Shown: piece by piece, positions 1-10,809 of the stretch
How the letters are laid out: each line of letters starts with the position of its first letter
Numbering within the stretch: position 1 is the first letter of the stretch
Origin: Schmidtea polychroa
Lineage: Eukaryota
Reading direction: 5' to 3'
Length of the DNA stretch: 60,000 nucleotides
Assembly (NCBI GenBank): GCA_044892525.1
Contig: CM097885.1
Coordinates: 14,386,001 to 14,446,000 of the forward strand
Translations under genes and position numbers: made by a program
Notes under the pieces: generated by a model
The model's input: only the letters and a program-made list of their open reading frames with translations
Databases searched by the model: none
What the model was told of the DNA's origin: nothing

Positions 1-639
1 AAATGGAAAATCGATAATTTTACTTGAAATTCCAATCGATAAAATGAACAATGTAGTTTATACATTCAAAAATGGGTTAGTTCATGGTATGGATGTAGCT
101 ATTACTAATTGAAGTAATTAATATAATTCGTACACAGAGTGGGATAGTAGCAGTAACCTGTCTAATATAATTAATTTGGGTGACCATAATGCATATTAAT
201 GAGGTAATAAAGGTAATCAAAGTATTAATAATATAACTAATTAACGATTCAAGTAATAGTATTTGAGTATGTTATTAGCCAATGATAACATGGGTTATTA
301 AACCAGAGTAGTATATAATGAGGACTCCAGCGCACTTCCAAGGTCATGGAATATCAAGATCAAATGTAGACCAATCGAATCATTTTTTTTAAAATTAAAT
401 TAAATTTCTTCCATCTATTTAATTTATTACTTTTTATTATATTTTTATTATTATTTGATTTTAATTAATACTTTTGTTAATTTTAAATTTATTACACTTA
501 TTAAGTAATTATTTTATTATATGTTTATTATTATTTTATTTTAATTTAATTAGTTCTATTTAGTTATTTTATTATAATTTATTAATTAATTAAAATAATT
601 AATTAATAAATAGGGTAGTAGGGTAAAGTGTGGACCCGG

Positions 640-1105
640 GAACAAAGAACTATTACGTAATCGACGACGTCACAGGGGAAATTACATCATACCCCTTTAC
701 CGCGGAGAGGGAATATTTTAAAATTTTTAAAAGTTACGTAACAAAACATATTAAATAATAAAGACACATTACATAACAAAGTCATATTACATAACAAATA
801 CACATTACACAACAAAGACATGTTACATAACACAGGCATATGGCTCATAAATTTAAACTAAGAACTGTTACGTAACAAAGACATATTACACAACAAAGAC
901 ATTTCAACGAAGAAGGACATATGTCTAATCAATTTAAACAAAGAAGTATTACACAAGAAAGACATTTTAAGACACATGACTCATTAATTTAAACAAAGAA
1001 ATATTACGTAACAAAAGCATTTTAAGAAAGAAAGACAGATAAATTTCAACAAAGAACTATTACGTAACAAATATATTTACTGCACAAAGAAACATGACTC
1101 ATCAT
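640..1105. repeat. Subterminal degenerate ~18-bp tandem array (GACAYATTACRYAACAAA-like) rich in bZIP-type sites
   Basis: Five perfect TTACGTAA palindromes (653, 734, 868, 1004, 1060), two TGACTCA (977, 1095) and many TTACA(T/C)AA variants. Confidence 0.8.
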
Positions 1106-1229
1106 ACTTTTTAATTATTAATTATATTACGTTGCGGTATTTTAAAATTCAAATATATTTTAAAACACATTTTGACGCTAAAGTTGACTTAATTACCAAA
1201 GACATAATAAAATTATTGAACATGTTTTG

Positions 1230-1230
<1 letters not shown>

Positions 1231-1318
<88 letters not shown>
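1231..1318. repeat. (ATT)n microsatellite
   Basis: Seen directly; explains the poly-Ile ORF 1132-1329. Confidence 0.98.
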
Positions 1319-1320
<2 letters not shown>

Positions 1321-1323
1321 ATT

Positions 1324-1448
1324 ATATAGTCAGAGTTTATCCGACAAGATATTCTGTCCCCCTATGGATACTTGTTGCAAAGATACTGGTTGTAAAGGTA
1401 CTGGTCGTAAAGATACTGGTCGTAAAGATACTGGTCGTAAAGGTACTG
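1324..1448 (+). repeat. Transposon-end-like fragment with 15-bp tandem repeats (AAAGATACTGGTCGT); second copy of its start at ~59367-59435
   Basis: ATATAGTCAGAGTTTATCCGACAAGATATT is shared with ~59367, followed by about five 15-mers. Confidence 0.65.
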
Positions 1449-2007
1449 CTAAAAATATTCAAGGCAAAACTTTAACAAAAAATTCTAAATAATATACTTT
1501 AAATATACACTCAAACTAAAATTTATTAACACATTCACACTCATCATCTCCGCATTTCATAACAATTTCAACAACATGATCTATACAATCGTTATATACA
1601 CGCGGTTCAGTATCCGTAAATTCCTCCATAGGTTCATCAATTTCTTAAATGATTTCCTCATCATCTTCTTGAATGTTTTCTTCATCAATTTGTTCAGTTT
1701 CATCAAATCCTGAATCTTCACTTTCTGCTACCCAGTCTAATGCATTTGTAACAGATAATATGTCCTCCATTTTTACACCAGATATTTCTGCTAATTTTTC
1801 CAATAAAAAGTTTATTACAAATTCGAAATATTAAATAATTCGATAATTAACTAATCATATTAACCTTTTTCTGTAGTCATTATTAACACTTTAAAACTAT
1901 AATGTATATTTGTTTATAGAATGTCTTTGTTAAAGTTTTGCATTAATATAGAAAATAAGTGAAAAACAAATATGACTAAATACATTTATTAAATACATCA
2001 ACATTTA

Positions 2008-2427
2008 TTAAAATATTTGTGAAAGTCTAGCAGACATAATTTTCCAAATTGGAGAATACAAATCATTATTATCAAATTTATATCCTTGGATTGCAATTGT
2101 TATATACCAATTTTCGTTTTCTTTGAAGCTGATTTCATCAAAGAAATCATAAAATCTTGCATATCGGTTGTTGAAAAATGCATGTTGATTACATGATAGA
2201 TTCGTATTCAACCGTTTGAAAACCTCATCAATAGATTTAATATCTATCATTGAAAGTGTACCGGATAAGAATTGAAATTGAGTAGGAATTAGCTTGATCG
2301 GTGACACCAATTTCATATTTATTTCTTCTTTTAAAAAATACATTTTGTAGTTGTGGAACATTTGAACAGGTTGTACAAGTTCTGGAACAACTTTTGGTTT
2401 TTCAGTGCTTGAAATTTTCTTTGTCAT
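2008..2427 (-). CDS. Intact 139-aa Maverick accessory ORF, unknown function (possibly OB-fold/ssDNA-binding)
   Basis: Uninterrupted ORF of non-repetitive composition inside the Maverick. The aromatic, beta-strand-like C-terminus (WYITIAIQGYKF..YSPIWKIM) is only suggestive. Confidence 0.55.
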   Translation of the reverse strand: MTKKISSTEKPKVVPELVQPVQMFHNYKMYFLKEEINMKLVSPIKLIPTQFQFLSGTLSMIDIKSIDEVFKRLNTNLSCNQHAFFNNRYARFYDFFDEISFKENENWYITIAIQGYKFDNNDLYSPIWKIMSARLSQIF

Positions 2428-3229
2428 CGTGAATTATGAATAAAATGAAATGGTACAGGGTTTTTATACTTATGACTAATGTTTATAATCCAATCAGATT
2501 GCAGCATGTCTTTGTTTTAATTGCATTCAAATTGTATTGATATTGCATTGTGACATGTTTTATATTATTACTACATAAAGTAATATTATTATTAAAATTA
2601 TTATTATTATTGTTGGTATTAAAATTATTATTATTATTGTTGGTATTAAAATTATTATTATTATTTTTCAATTATCTATAGAAAAAATAACGCTGAAAAC
2701 ATAAAGATTTATTAAATCAACCAAGGTCAACAATTCTGCTGAACTAATATGTTCTAAGAGCCTTCACTACAGCCCATTCCACCCACCGCTGATATCTATC
2801 GATGCAGTACGGGCACCTTTTGTTGCAGAGTGCTTCGGTGGCCATTTCATACTGCATTCTGTTTATCTTCACGTCCCATACGAACTCATTAAACAGATCG
2901 AAAATCCTGACCCTGGTTGCATTATATACTAGGTCAGGAATCTTCTCGGCAGATTGATCTTTTAATAGAATGTTAACCTCCCAATCATTACTACAGAATA
3001 CTTATCTGAAAATAAATAGTTATAAAAATGTGTTTAATAAATTAAAAATTTACCATGATGATCAATCTCAGCCAATGACTTTGCAGCACTTGGAATATTG
3101 TACATTTTGTAAAAAACTGTTAATAAATGAAGAAACATCATGTTTTAAACAATCAACAGCCAATGAGATATCGACCAATTAGAATGATGCATTTCAATTG
3201 CACTGAATTTGCAATCACATGATAAATAA

Positions 3230-3712
3230 TTAATTAAGTGATAATAAAAAATCTAAAAATTCCTTTCTTTCAATTATTGATTTAATTTCAGATACGATAT
3301 TATCAACTATACATTTGTAATCAATACTTTTTACTCCAAGAATTACTATCTTACCACTAGCGAATATATTAACACACATAGGGTTATATTTTATATATCA
3401 AAGCTGGAAATAATTCTAGTTCGTAAAAACATGGTATTAATTTAGCCAATTTATTTAAATTACAACAAAAGAAGTTACAGTTATCGATGGTATTTCTAAA
3501 TCATAAACATTATATTCACTAGCTTTGATTATTTCCTTACATCCCATAATTCTACATTTACCAGTTTTGAAACATATTATGGGATATTTATTACTTCTAT
3601 TGATAATTTGTTATGGTTTCCCCAGTGGAAATACCAGTTTTGATACATCAGCGTTTGTCCTGTAAATTATATTTGAAAGCCTTTTAATGAAATAATTATA
3701 AAACTCAGATAT
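3230..3712 (-). pseudogene. TATA-binding protein (TBP)-like gene inside the Maverick, disrupted (1 stop, 2 frameshifts, ATA at the presumed start)
   Basis: Manual translation: LSNIIYRTNADVSKL..P*QIINRSNKYPIICFKTGKCRIMGCK..DLEIPSITVT / NLNKLAKLIPCFYELELFPALIYK / YNPMCVNIFASGKIVILGVKS. Matches both TBP repeats (IFSSGKMVCTGAK; YEPELFPGLIYR..IFVSGKVVLTGAK). Confidence 0.85.
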
Positions 3713-3722
3713 AAAATTAAAA

Positions 3723-4343
3723 ATGGAATTAAGAAATGATGCAGTATACCAAATCGTTGGTCCGAGTGGTAGCGGAAAAACATTATTTGTTTGTAAATTA
3801 CTAAAATCAAATTTGTTCAAAACAAAATTCAACAATATTTATTGGCATAGGGGCACTGATGACGAAGAACATGGATTGACGCAATCAAGTTTCTGTCAAT
3901 TGAAAAACATGAAAATAGTAAAGGGTTTTGATAAAAACTGGTCAAGTCGTTTGAAGAAAGATGATGTCATCATTATCGATGATTTTTATCAAGAAGCTAA
4001 TAAAGAAAAGATTTTAATAATTTATTCACAAAGATCAGCAGACATGTTGTAACAGTTATTTTCATAACACAAAATCTATTTCATCAAGGTTGTGCACACC
4101 GAACACGTAATTTAAATGTACAATATTTAGTTATTTTCAAGAATCCTAGAGATGCAACTGTCATTGATTTTCTTGGACGACAAGCATACTCTAATAACCG
4201 TAATTTTCTTAACAGTGCATTTCAAGATGCTACGAAAATATGCATGGGTATATATTTCTCGATTTCACTCAACAATGTCCTGATGATATACGGGTAAAAA
4301 CAGATATTTTCAACCCAAAAGGTGAAAATCATGAAAACATATA
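3723..4343 (+). pseudogene. Maverick packaging ATPase (FtsK/A32-like), frameshifted
   Basis: Walker A GPSGSGKT and Walker B IIIDD; continues in other frames as VIFITQNLFH..RTRNLNVQYLVIFKNPRD..HGYIFLDFTQ. Confidence 0.93.
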
Positions 4344-4415
4344 AAACAACCAAAAGTTCCACCAACAACTTGTTATACTCCATCTAAAGAACTTATTACA
4401 GAAAATTTTCCTGCA

Positions 4416-4808
4416 ATGAATCTTATTTCGAAAAATCCTAAACCTAAACCTAAAAGTAAAACCAATAAGAAAGTAAAAGTTGTTAAAAATCATCGGAGTT
4501 TCCCGTTTTTTAATACATTTTTAAAGGCACCAAGTATGAAAAGAAACAGTATTTTGCAATCATTCCCAAATTATGTTGTCGATGATTTACTCGATATTAT
4601 ACTTAAAGTAGTCAAAAGCAAGATTAAAATCAGTAAATATAAGAAGCAATTATTGAGTAAACATAGGAAACCTTTGCTATCATTAGAAAATAATAAAAAT
4701 CGTCAACAAATGAGAAAAATTATATATAACCAACAAGGGGGATTTATCGGTGCATTGATACCTTTAGCAATATCATTATTAGGTGGAATAATAAAAAGTC
4801 GATCATAA
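4416..4808 (+). CDS. Basic Maverick/adintovirus core (pX-like) protein
   Basis: Lys/Arg-rich 130-aa ORF ending QQGGFIGALIPLAISLLGG (putative protease site plus hydrophobic helix), directly after the ATPase. Confidence 0.75.
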   Translation: MNLISKNPKPKPKSKTNKKVKVVKNHRSFPFFNTFLKAPSMKRNSILQSFPNYVVDDLLDIILKVVKSKIKISKYKKQLLSKHRKPLLSLENNKNRQQMRKIIYNQQGGFIGALIPLAISLLGGIIKSRS

Positions 4809-4811
4809 ACA

Positions 4812-4895
4812 ATGGGTGCTAATTCTTCATTACCCGAAATTAAATTTAATATTAAATCTTCTTGTTGTAATGGAAAAGATTTGGACGAACCCTGA
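4812..4895 (+). CDS. 27-aa micro-ORF with N-myristoylation motif (MGANSSLPEIKFNIKSSCCNGKDLDEP)
   Basis: Starts 3 nt after the previous stop and overlaps the integrase ATG; MGxxxS motif and a CC pair. Confidence 0.5.
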   Translation: MGANSSLPEIKFNIKSSCCNGKDLDEP

Positions 4896-4968
4896 AGATG
4901 AAGCCGGTTTCGGTGGAGTGGCAAAATTAAAGAAAAGAGTTCCGAATTCGAAAAAAGAAACCCAGAAA
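4870..4968 (+). pseudogene. Maverick retroviral-type integrase, N-terminal fragment only
   Basis: MEKIWTNPEDEAGFGGVAKLKKRVP resembles the conserved Polinton integrase N-terminus; truncated at a deletion junction. Confidence 0.75.
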
Positions 4969-5118
4969 AATCGGCTGGTATACGTAAACCAAGAATACTT
5001 GAACATCATCAACAAATGTTCATATATACTAATATTATTGAGCCCATCATTGTTGGCGATTCCAGTGTTTCTCTTTTGAAATCGGTATGGATTGGAAAAT
5101 ATGAACACGATGAAGTTG

Positions 5119-5200
<82 letters not shown>

Positions 5201-5342
5201 TAATCCCATTTATTTACCAATTTCAAGCTCATGTATAAACAATATAGAAATAAATATTCGTAACGATAGTAGAAACCTTATAAACTTTCCAAAAGATTCG
5301 AAAACTCATTTGACATTACATTTTCGTAAAGTAGATGGCTAA
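4969..5342 (+). pseudogene. Maverick minor capsid (penton-like) protein, C-terminal fragment with (TA)n expansion
   Basis: FIYTNIIEPIIVGDSSVSLLKSV..NPIYLPISSSCINNIEINIRND..THLTLHFRK; (TA)n at ~5122-5198. Confidence 0.85.
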
Positions 5343-5586
5343 TTTTGATATTATTAGTATGTAATCTGGCTGTGAATTACCATATTTCGTTGGTAAACAG
5401 TACGGATCAGGTTGGTTAAAAACAATAGGGAGATTTGCATTACCTATTCTTAAACGTATTGGTAGTTTTGGTATGAAAGCTGCTAAAGACGTGATTATGA
5501 ATGAACAGAAAATATTACCATCCCTAAAAACAAATGCTTTAGCTGAGTTAGGGAAGATTCGACCTGGAGTTGCTGGTATGTTTTAA
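5335..5586 (+). pseudogene. Maverick small core protein with QxGxG-type protease site, internal stop
   Basis: MANFDIISM*SGCELPYFVGKQYGSGWLKTIGRFALPILKRIGSFGMKAAKDV..., overlapping the minor capsid stop. Confidence 0.7.
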
Positions 5587-5658
5587 AAAGATACGCCTCC
5601 CGCCCCGCTCATGCTCCAAAACGTAAAGGTCATGGAATATAGCATGTATTTATTACAG

Positions 5659-6468
5659 GCTTATGTAAATTTCGTTTAGATCTATTTATTTCATGTTAAA
5701 ATGTTGAACGCGAAACCTTTAAATATTTCATGATTAACCCAATAACGTACTTGATAATAAGTACATTAACCTAAATCGTTCAATTATTTATGTGTTGAGG
5801 TCTGTAAATTAAAATAAATTAAAATGAAATTTAGGTTGAAAATTTAAATAAAAAGTAAGTGAAGAAAAAAGACAAATAAAAGCGTGATCATGCACAGAAT
5901 TGATAGTAAAGCAAAGTATGATGGAAGCAGTATTAGGAAATGGAAAAAGCAATTGCGAAAGGAAAGAATCCGGAAATCCGAGAAAAATCAATAAATTGTA
6001 AAATCATCGAAATCGAATTGGGAAAACGGAACAGGTATAGATTAGCTAATGATCAACAAGATGAAGATTAGGGATTTATCAGAAAATGGTTAAAAAGGGT
6101 CGAAAAGCGTTCAAATGTGTTAAAACAGAAAATATTAATTAATTAATTAATTGGCTTATAGAAAACTCGAGCTAATAGGAAACCCGAGCCAGTGGAGAAC
6201 TCGAGAGATGAAGGAAGCTCGAGCTGTGTATACAAAGAGAAAAGTAAATAGAAGGAAGATTTGGACCCATTATTGTGACACAATGATTAATGGGAAAATT
6301 TCAAGGAGAAGCTAGTGCGTGCAGAAAGGCGGGGCGGGCCATTAATTATCTTTGTTCGTTGGACTATTTTGTATGACAGCCAAAGCAGATATGTGGACTC
6401 GAATGTCAAGTGAGAGATTGGCTCGGTAATACCCATTTGTCATCCCGATTTCGAAAAGAATATAAGGA
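5659..6468 (+). repeat. Segmental duplicate of ~28639-29447 (flank plus 5' part of a solo LTR starting TGTTGAGG at 5793)
   Basis: Near-identical sequence, including ~134 bp of flank outside the LTR. Confidence 0.92.
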
Positions 6469-6556
6469 ATGAGTAGGTCCTCTGCAGCAAGCACCCCTTC
6501 CCCTCTGCTGCAGAGTGCCACACATATATTTTTCAATACAAATAGGTAGATCCAAT

Positions 6557-9500
6557 CAGGGGCGCGCCGAGCTGTTAGGCCGCTTGAGTGCAAAATAATT
6601 TCCCGCCGCTCTTCATCCTTGCTGCAAAAATGTTTCTATAATCCAAAATAAAAATAACATTTAATTAAAGTAAAAATTAAACTAACTACGGAAGAACACA
6701 CATATCACATGCAATAGTTTATGAAAATTATAGTTTATTAATCACAAAACAGATAAGTTTAGGAAAGTTATAGTTTAGTACACACAAACAATAGAAAGTT
6801 TATGAAATTAATAGTTTACTACTCATACAAAAGAGACTTTTCTTGCCTTGTTCAAAGCAAATTGTGAAATTAAGTCATGCATATCTAAATTATCTAGGAT
6901 TTCATGTTCTATTGAAATTATTGATATATTACTTAAACGTTCCTGGAGCATAGTTGATCGTAAATAATTTTTAATTATCTTCAATTTTGAAAACGATCTT
7001 TCACCTGTTGCAACTGAGATTGGTAATGTTAATAGAATTCTGGTCACAATAAATATATTTGGGAATGTTGCCTGAAGATCATTTTGTAAAATATATAATA
7101 ATATAGATTGAGGTTTAATGTCTTCTTCTTTTAAAAATACCTTTATAGTTTTTATCTCTTCGAATAAATCAATTCCATTAATATCGGACTCATTTCTTTG
7201 TTCGTCAGTTAATTTCAAATGTAAATCTTTGCAGCTTTTCAAAAGTATTTCTTCTGTTATATCTTTAATATTATACATAAATCCAAATATATCATTATAC
7301 GATTTTAACGCTTCGAATCTTGTTGTAATTGATACTAATGCTTGGTTGATAATGCAGAAATAAAAGTTAATTTTAAAATTTGTTTTTGGATCTAATATTG
7401 GTTCATCCTTGCCTTCATAATCAAAATTTGTTGTTTTTCTTCTTATTCTTAAACGTGAAACTTCTGGAAATTTAGGTTCTACGTGTAATTTTTCGGCTAA
7501 TTTACTAGCTGATGTAAGCATTTTTTCAAATCCATTATCATTACGACAATTTTTAAAAAACTCTATTAAATCATCTAACGCGGTAACGCTTCTATTGATA
7601 TCGGTGTTTGGGTTCTGTAATATTTGACTAACAACATTAATTTTCATCAAAATTTCATGCCAAATAACAATGGAACATAAATAACGATAACTTGATATTT
7701 TTAGTGAAAGAGAATTTGCCACATGTCTGGTTTTAAAGTCAATCAATTGATCATTTGATATTTCAAGAAGAGATTTATAAATTTGTTCAGTATGATACCT
7801 TAGTGGTTGTATGGCATCAATTCTACTTGACCACCTTGTATCGCTCAGGGGTTTTAATTTTAAATTCGGTAAATATTTTACTATTATCGCCCATCTTTTA
7901 GTTGACGCCGAAAAAACTACATATATTTCTTGTACTAAATCAAAAAATGTTACTGTTTCATGTGAAATATGTGCCGCATCATTAACAACTAAATTTAAGC
8001 TATGAGCAGAACATGGTACAAAAAATGCTCGCGGGTTGATATTTACAATTCTTTTTGTAAGCCATTATGCTTTCCTCGCATATTGGCACCATTGTCATAT
8101 CCCTGTCCACGCATATTATGAATATTTAAATTTAGATTTGAAAGTTCTTTTGAAACAAATTCGGTTAACCCCTCGCCGGTAGTATTTGTTATTTGATAGA
8201 AACCCAAAAAATGTTCACGTATTTAAATTTATTTTTATTCCAAATTCACAATTCTTATTACAATAGTTAATTGCTCAGTATGACTAACATCTGGTGTGCA
8301 ATCTAATATAATTGAAAAATATTTTGCTTTTCTAATTAAATCTAATATAGCGTTTTTAATACTTGTGCTAATAATATTGATAATTTCGTTTTGTATTTTA
8401 TCCCCCAAATAATGAGGCATATATTTCAAATTGTTTCGAGACTTTTCAATCCGTTGTACATGCTCTTGCATAATAGGGTCAAATCTGGCAACCATTTTTC
8501 TGCTTTCAAAAAGTTTCCATTGTTATTTGCATATTATTGATTTGACTTTCCTCTTATGGCAAGGCATTGCCTAGAAAGATATTGAATAATATATATTATT
8601 CGTTGAATTACTTCATACCAATACTTTCGTTCGGCTTGTAATAGTCTTTGGTTCGCACTATCAACTGTAGTATTATTTTTTAATGATTTATTTAACAATA
8701 TCCATTTTTTTATATTTTCATTATGAAACTGACTTTTTTCATGTCGAGACAAAGTTAACGATAAATGTTGCCAATCAGAAAAACCAGATGAATCGGATAG
8801 ACTGCTTTTATCACTGAAATCAAATATCCTACAGCAAAAACAATACACAGAATTTTTAGTAATTGAATACCCAAGCCATTCGCGTTGTGTTTCTTCTCCG
8901 TTCGGCAATTGTCTTAAATAATACTTTTTTGAAAATTTACGCCCACTTGACAATGGAAATTCGAAATTTTTTATTTGAATCGCTCCTCTTTCAACAAGGT
9001 TACGTGCGGTAATACTTGATATATTATTTGCCCACATACCTGGATCGTCCAATATTATATTTGCTTCACAATTTTCGTCAGATGAATTTCCAACAGATGA
9101 ATTTTCAGACCGAATTTCTGTAAAAATTTCATATTCATTCTCATCGCTATCGCTAGAACTTTTATTATCGTCAACAGATATGGTAACATTATTTTCTATT
9201 TCTATAGGGGTGCTTGACGACGCTGTTGGTGTATTTTCAAAATATTTTGAAAGCGAATTCTTCAAACTCTGCATTGATTTCAGTTTATTTAAACGCTGCT
9301 TTTTGTATTGTGCGCCAGATAAACGTTTTGTTTTTCTTCCGGTCATATCTAATGGTGCAAATAATACAAATAATAAATATCTAACGTACATCATAACACT
9401 TATGTTTAACAAAAATATAGAAAAAGTTGCATTATACTTACCAAATTCTATAATACAATCCTGCTTTCTAATCTAATATTATATATCTCTATTTTTTTTT

Positions 9501-9863
9501 TAAATAAAAATCTTATTGATTTTTATAAATTTAAAAACTGGAAATATTAATGTTGTTTTGAATCCAAAATTAAAACACTAAATGACTTTGACAACTTGTC
9601 AAAGTTATTTAGTGTAATAGTATTTGTCAATGACAAGCCAAGACAGATATATAAAAATTAATGGAGTGCGTTCAATGATACTACACAAACTGTGTGCGTT
9701 CAGTAACAAAATAGTCGAAACTTTTTTTTTATTTTACAAAATGAAAAAATGAATTTTACAAAATGAAATTGTTGTTTTTGCAAATGCATTTTTTAATTTG
9801 CCACCTTTCGAACGGCCGCCTGCGTGCCACGAACGCGTTGCACGCCCGCTTGGAGCGCCCCTG
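6557..9863 (-). mobile_element. Full-length hAT DNA transposon (ZMYM1-like transposase)
   Basis: TIRs CAGGGGCGCGCCGAG / CTTGGAGCGCCCCTG (13/15 match); 8-bp TSD GATCCAAT/GGTCCAAT. Confidence 0.95.
6823..9346 (-). pseudogene. hAT transposase, frameshifted with internal stop
   Basis: TTF-type Zn finger (REWLGYS..YCFCCRIF), FSIILDCTPD, GQGYDNGANM, FVPCSAHSLNL, DTRWSSR and the dimerisation motif SVATGERSFSKLKIIKNYLRSTM, split across frames. Confidence 0.95.
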
Positions 9864-10437
9864 GGTCCAATAGAAAAAATACCAAGGAATTTTCAGACTA
9901 TAGTGAGGGGTCTCCCTTGTGCCGGGATTTTCAATAGAAAAAAGTGGTCTACACTAAAAAGCATGGTAAATATTTGAATTACAGAAAATTATGGTCAAAA
10001 ATTTTAAATTATACTTAATTAAGGGTTCAGATTTTTCAATTACGGTAAATTATGTTCAAAAATTTTAAATTAAGTAATCAATGGGCTAAAATTTTAAATT
10101 AATGCTAAATAAGTTAATAAAAGTAATGTAATAAGCAAATTAAAGTAAAGTTTTTAAATTTATTAACAAAACGTTGGAATAATAGTCAGTGTTTGAGAAT
10201 TAAAATTTTTTAATGAAATTTTTTAAGAAATAATTTTTAAAGTCAATTTTTAATAGAAACTTTTATTGATTATTTTTTAAGTTAATTTTAAATGATAATT
10301 TTTATGAATTAATAATATTTCAATTAACTAGACACATAAAAATAACTAGAACAAAAGTAAAGATATAAAATTTATTCAATAAGTTCTAATTGTTCTACGT
10401 GTAATTTTTCTCATTGCAGTTGAAATACAAAAACAAT

Positions 10438-10809
10438 TTACTTTGAACCAGTGTATTTAGTAACAGCCTTCGTTCCTTCACTGACAGCATGTTTGGCCAA
10501 TTCTCCAGGCAAGATCAATCGGACAGCAGTTTGGATCTCTCTGCTGGAAATCGTTGATTTCTTGTTGTAAGTTGCCAACTTACTAGCTTCAGTTGCGATT
10601 CTTTCGAATACATCATTAACGAAGCTGTTCATGATTGACATGGCTTTACCAGAAATTCCAGTATCTGGATGAACTTGTCTGAGAACTTTGTAGATATAGA
10701 TACCATAGCTTTCTTTACGTTTGTGAAATCTCTTCTTTTTGTCGGATTTCACAACTTCCTTGGAAATCTTCTTTACTGATTTTGTAGCGACTTTTGTTGA
10801 AGGAGCCAT
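10438..10809 (-). CDS. H2B: Histone H2B (copy lacking the 3' stem-loop)
   Basis: Intact 123-aa H2[66 protein letters not shown]. Confidence 0.98.
   Translation of the reverse strand: MAPSTKVATKSVKKISKEVVKSDKKKRFHKRKESYGIYIYKVLRQVHPDTGISGKAMSIMNSFVNDVFERIATEASKLATYNKKSTISSREIQTAVRLILPGELAKHAVSEGTKAVTKYTGSK

Larger units (their letters stand above)
307..5640 (+). mobile_element. Maverick/Polinton (adintovirus-like) element, left part, decayed and internally deleted
   Basis: Begins AGTAGTATATAATG (AGTAGT is a typical Polinton terminus) where similarity to the uninterrupted copy at ~23466-23577 stops. Contains a packaging ATPase, pX/core-like ORFs, an integrase N-terminus and a minor capsid C-terminus. 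The matching right TIR was not found. Confidence 0.85.

Noticed and set aside
340..354. 15-nt match AAGGTCATGGAATAT with 5626-5640
   Set aside because: Same orientation and no extended similarity; not a TIR and could be chance.
640..1105. CRISPR-like appearance of short repeats (also 1380-1448, 26905-27262, 50565-50895)
   Set aside because: Repeats are tandem and degenerate without unique spacers; eukaryotic context and no cas genes.
1132..1329. Poly-Ile, poly-Tyr and IY-repeat ORFs (also 5009-5232, 16182-16549, 18533-18738, 59293-59603)
   Set aside because: Translations of (ATT)n and (TA)n microsatellites or antisense frames.
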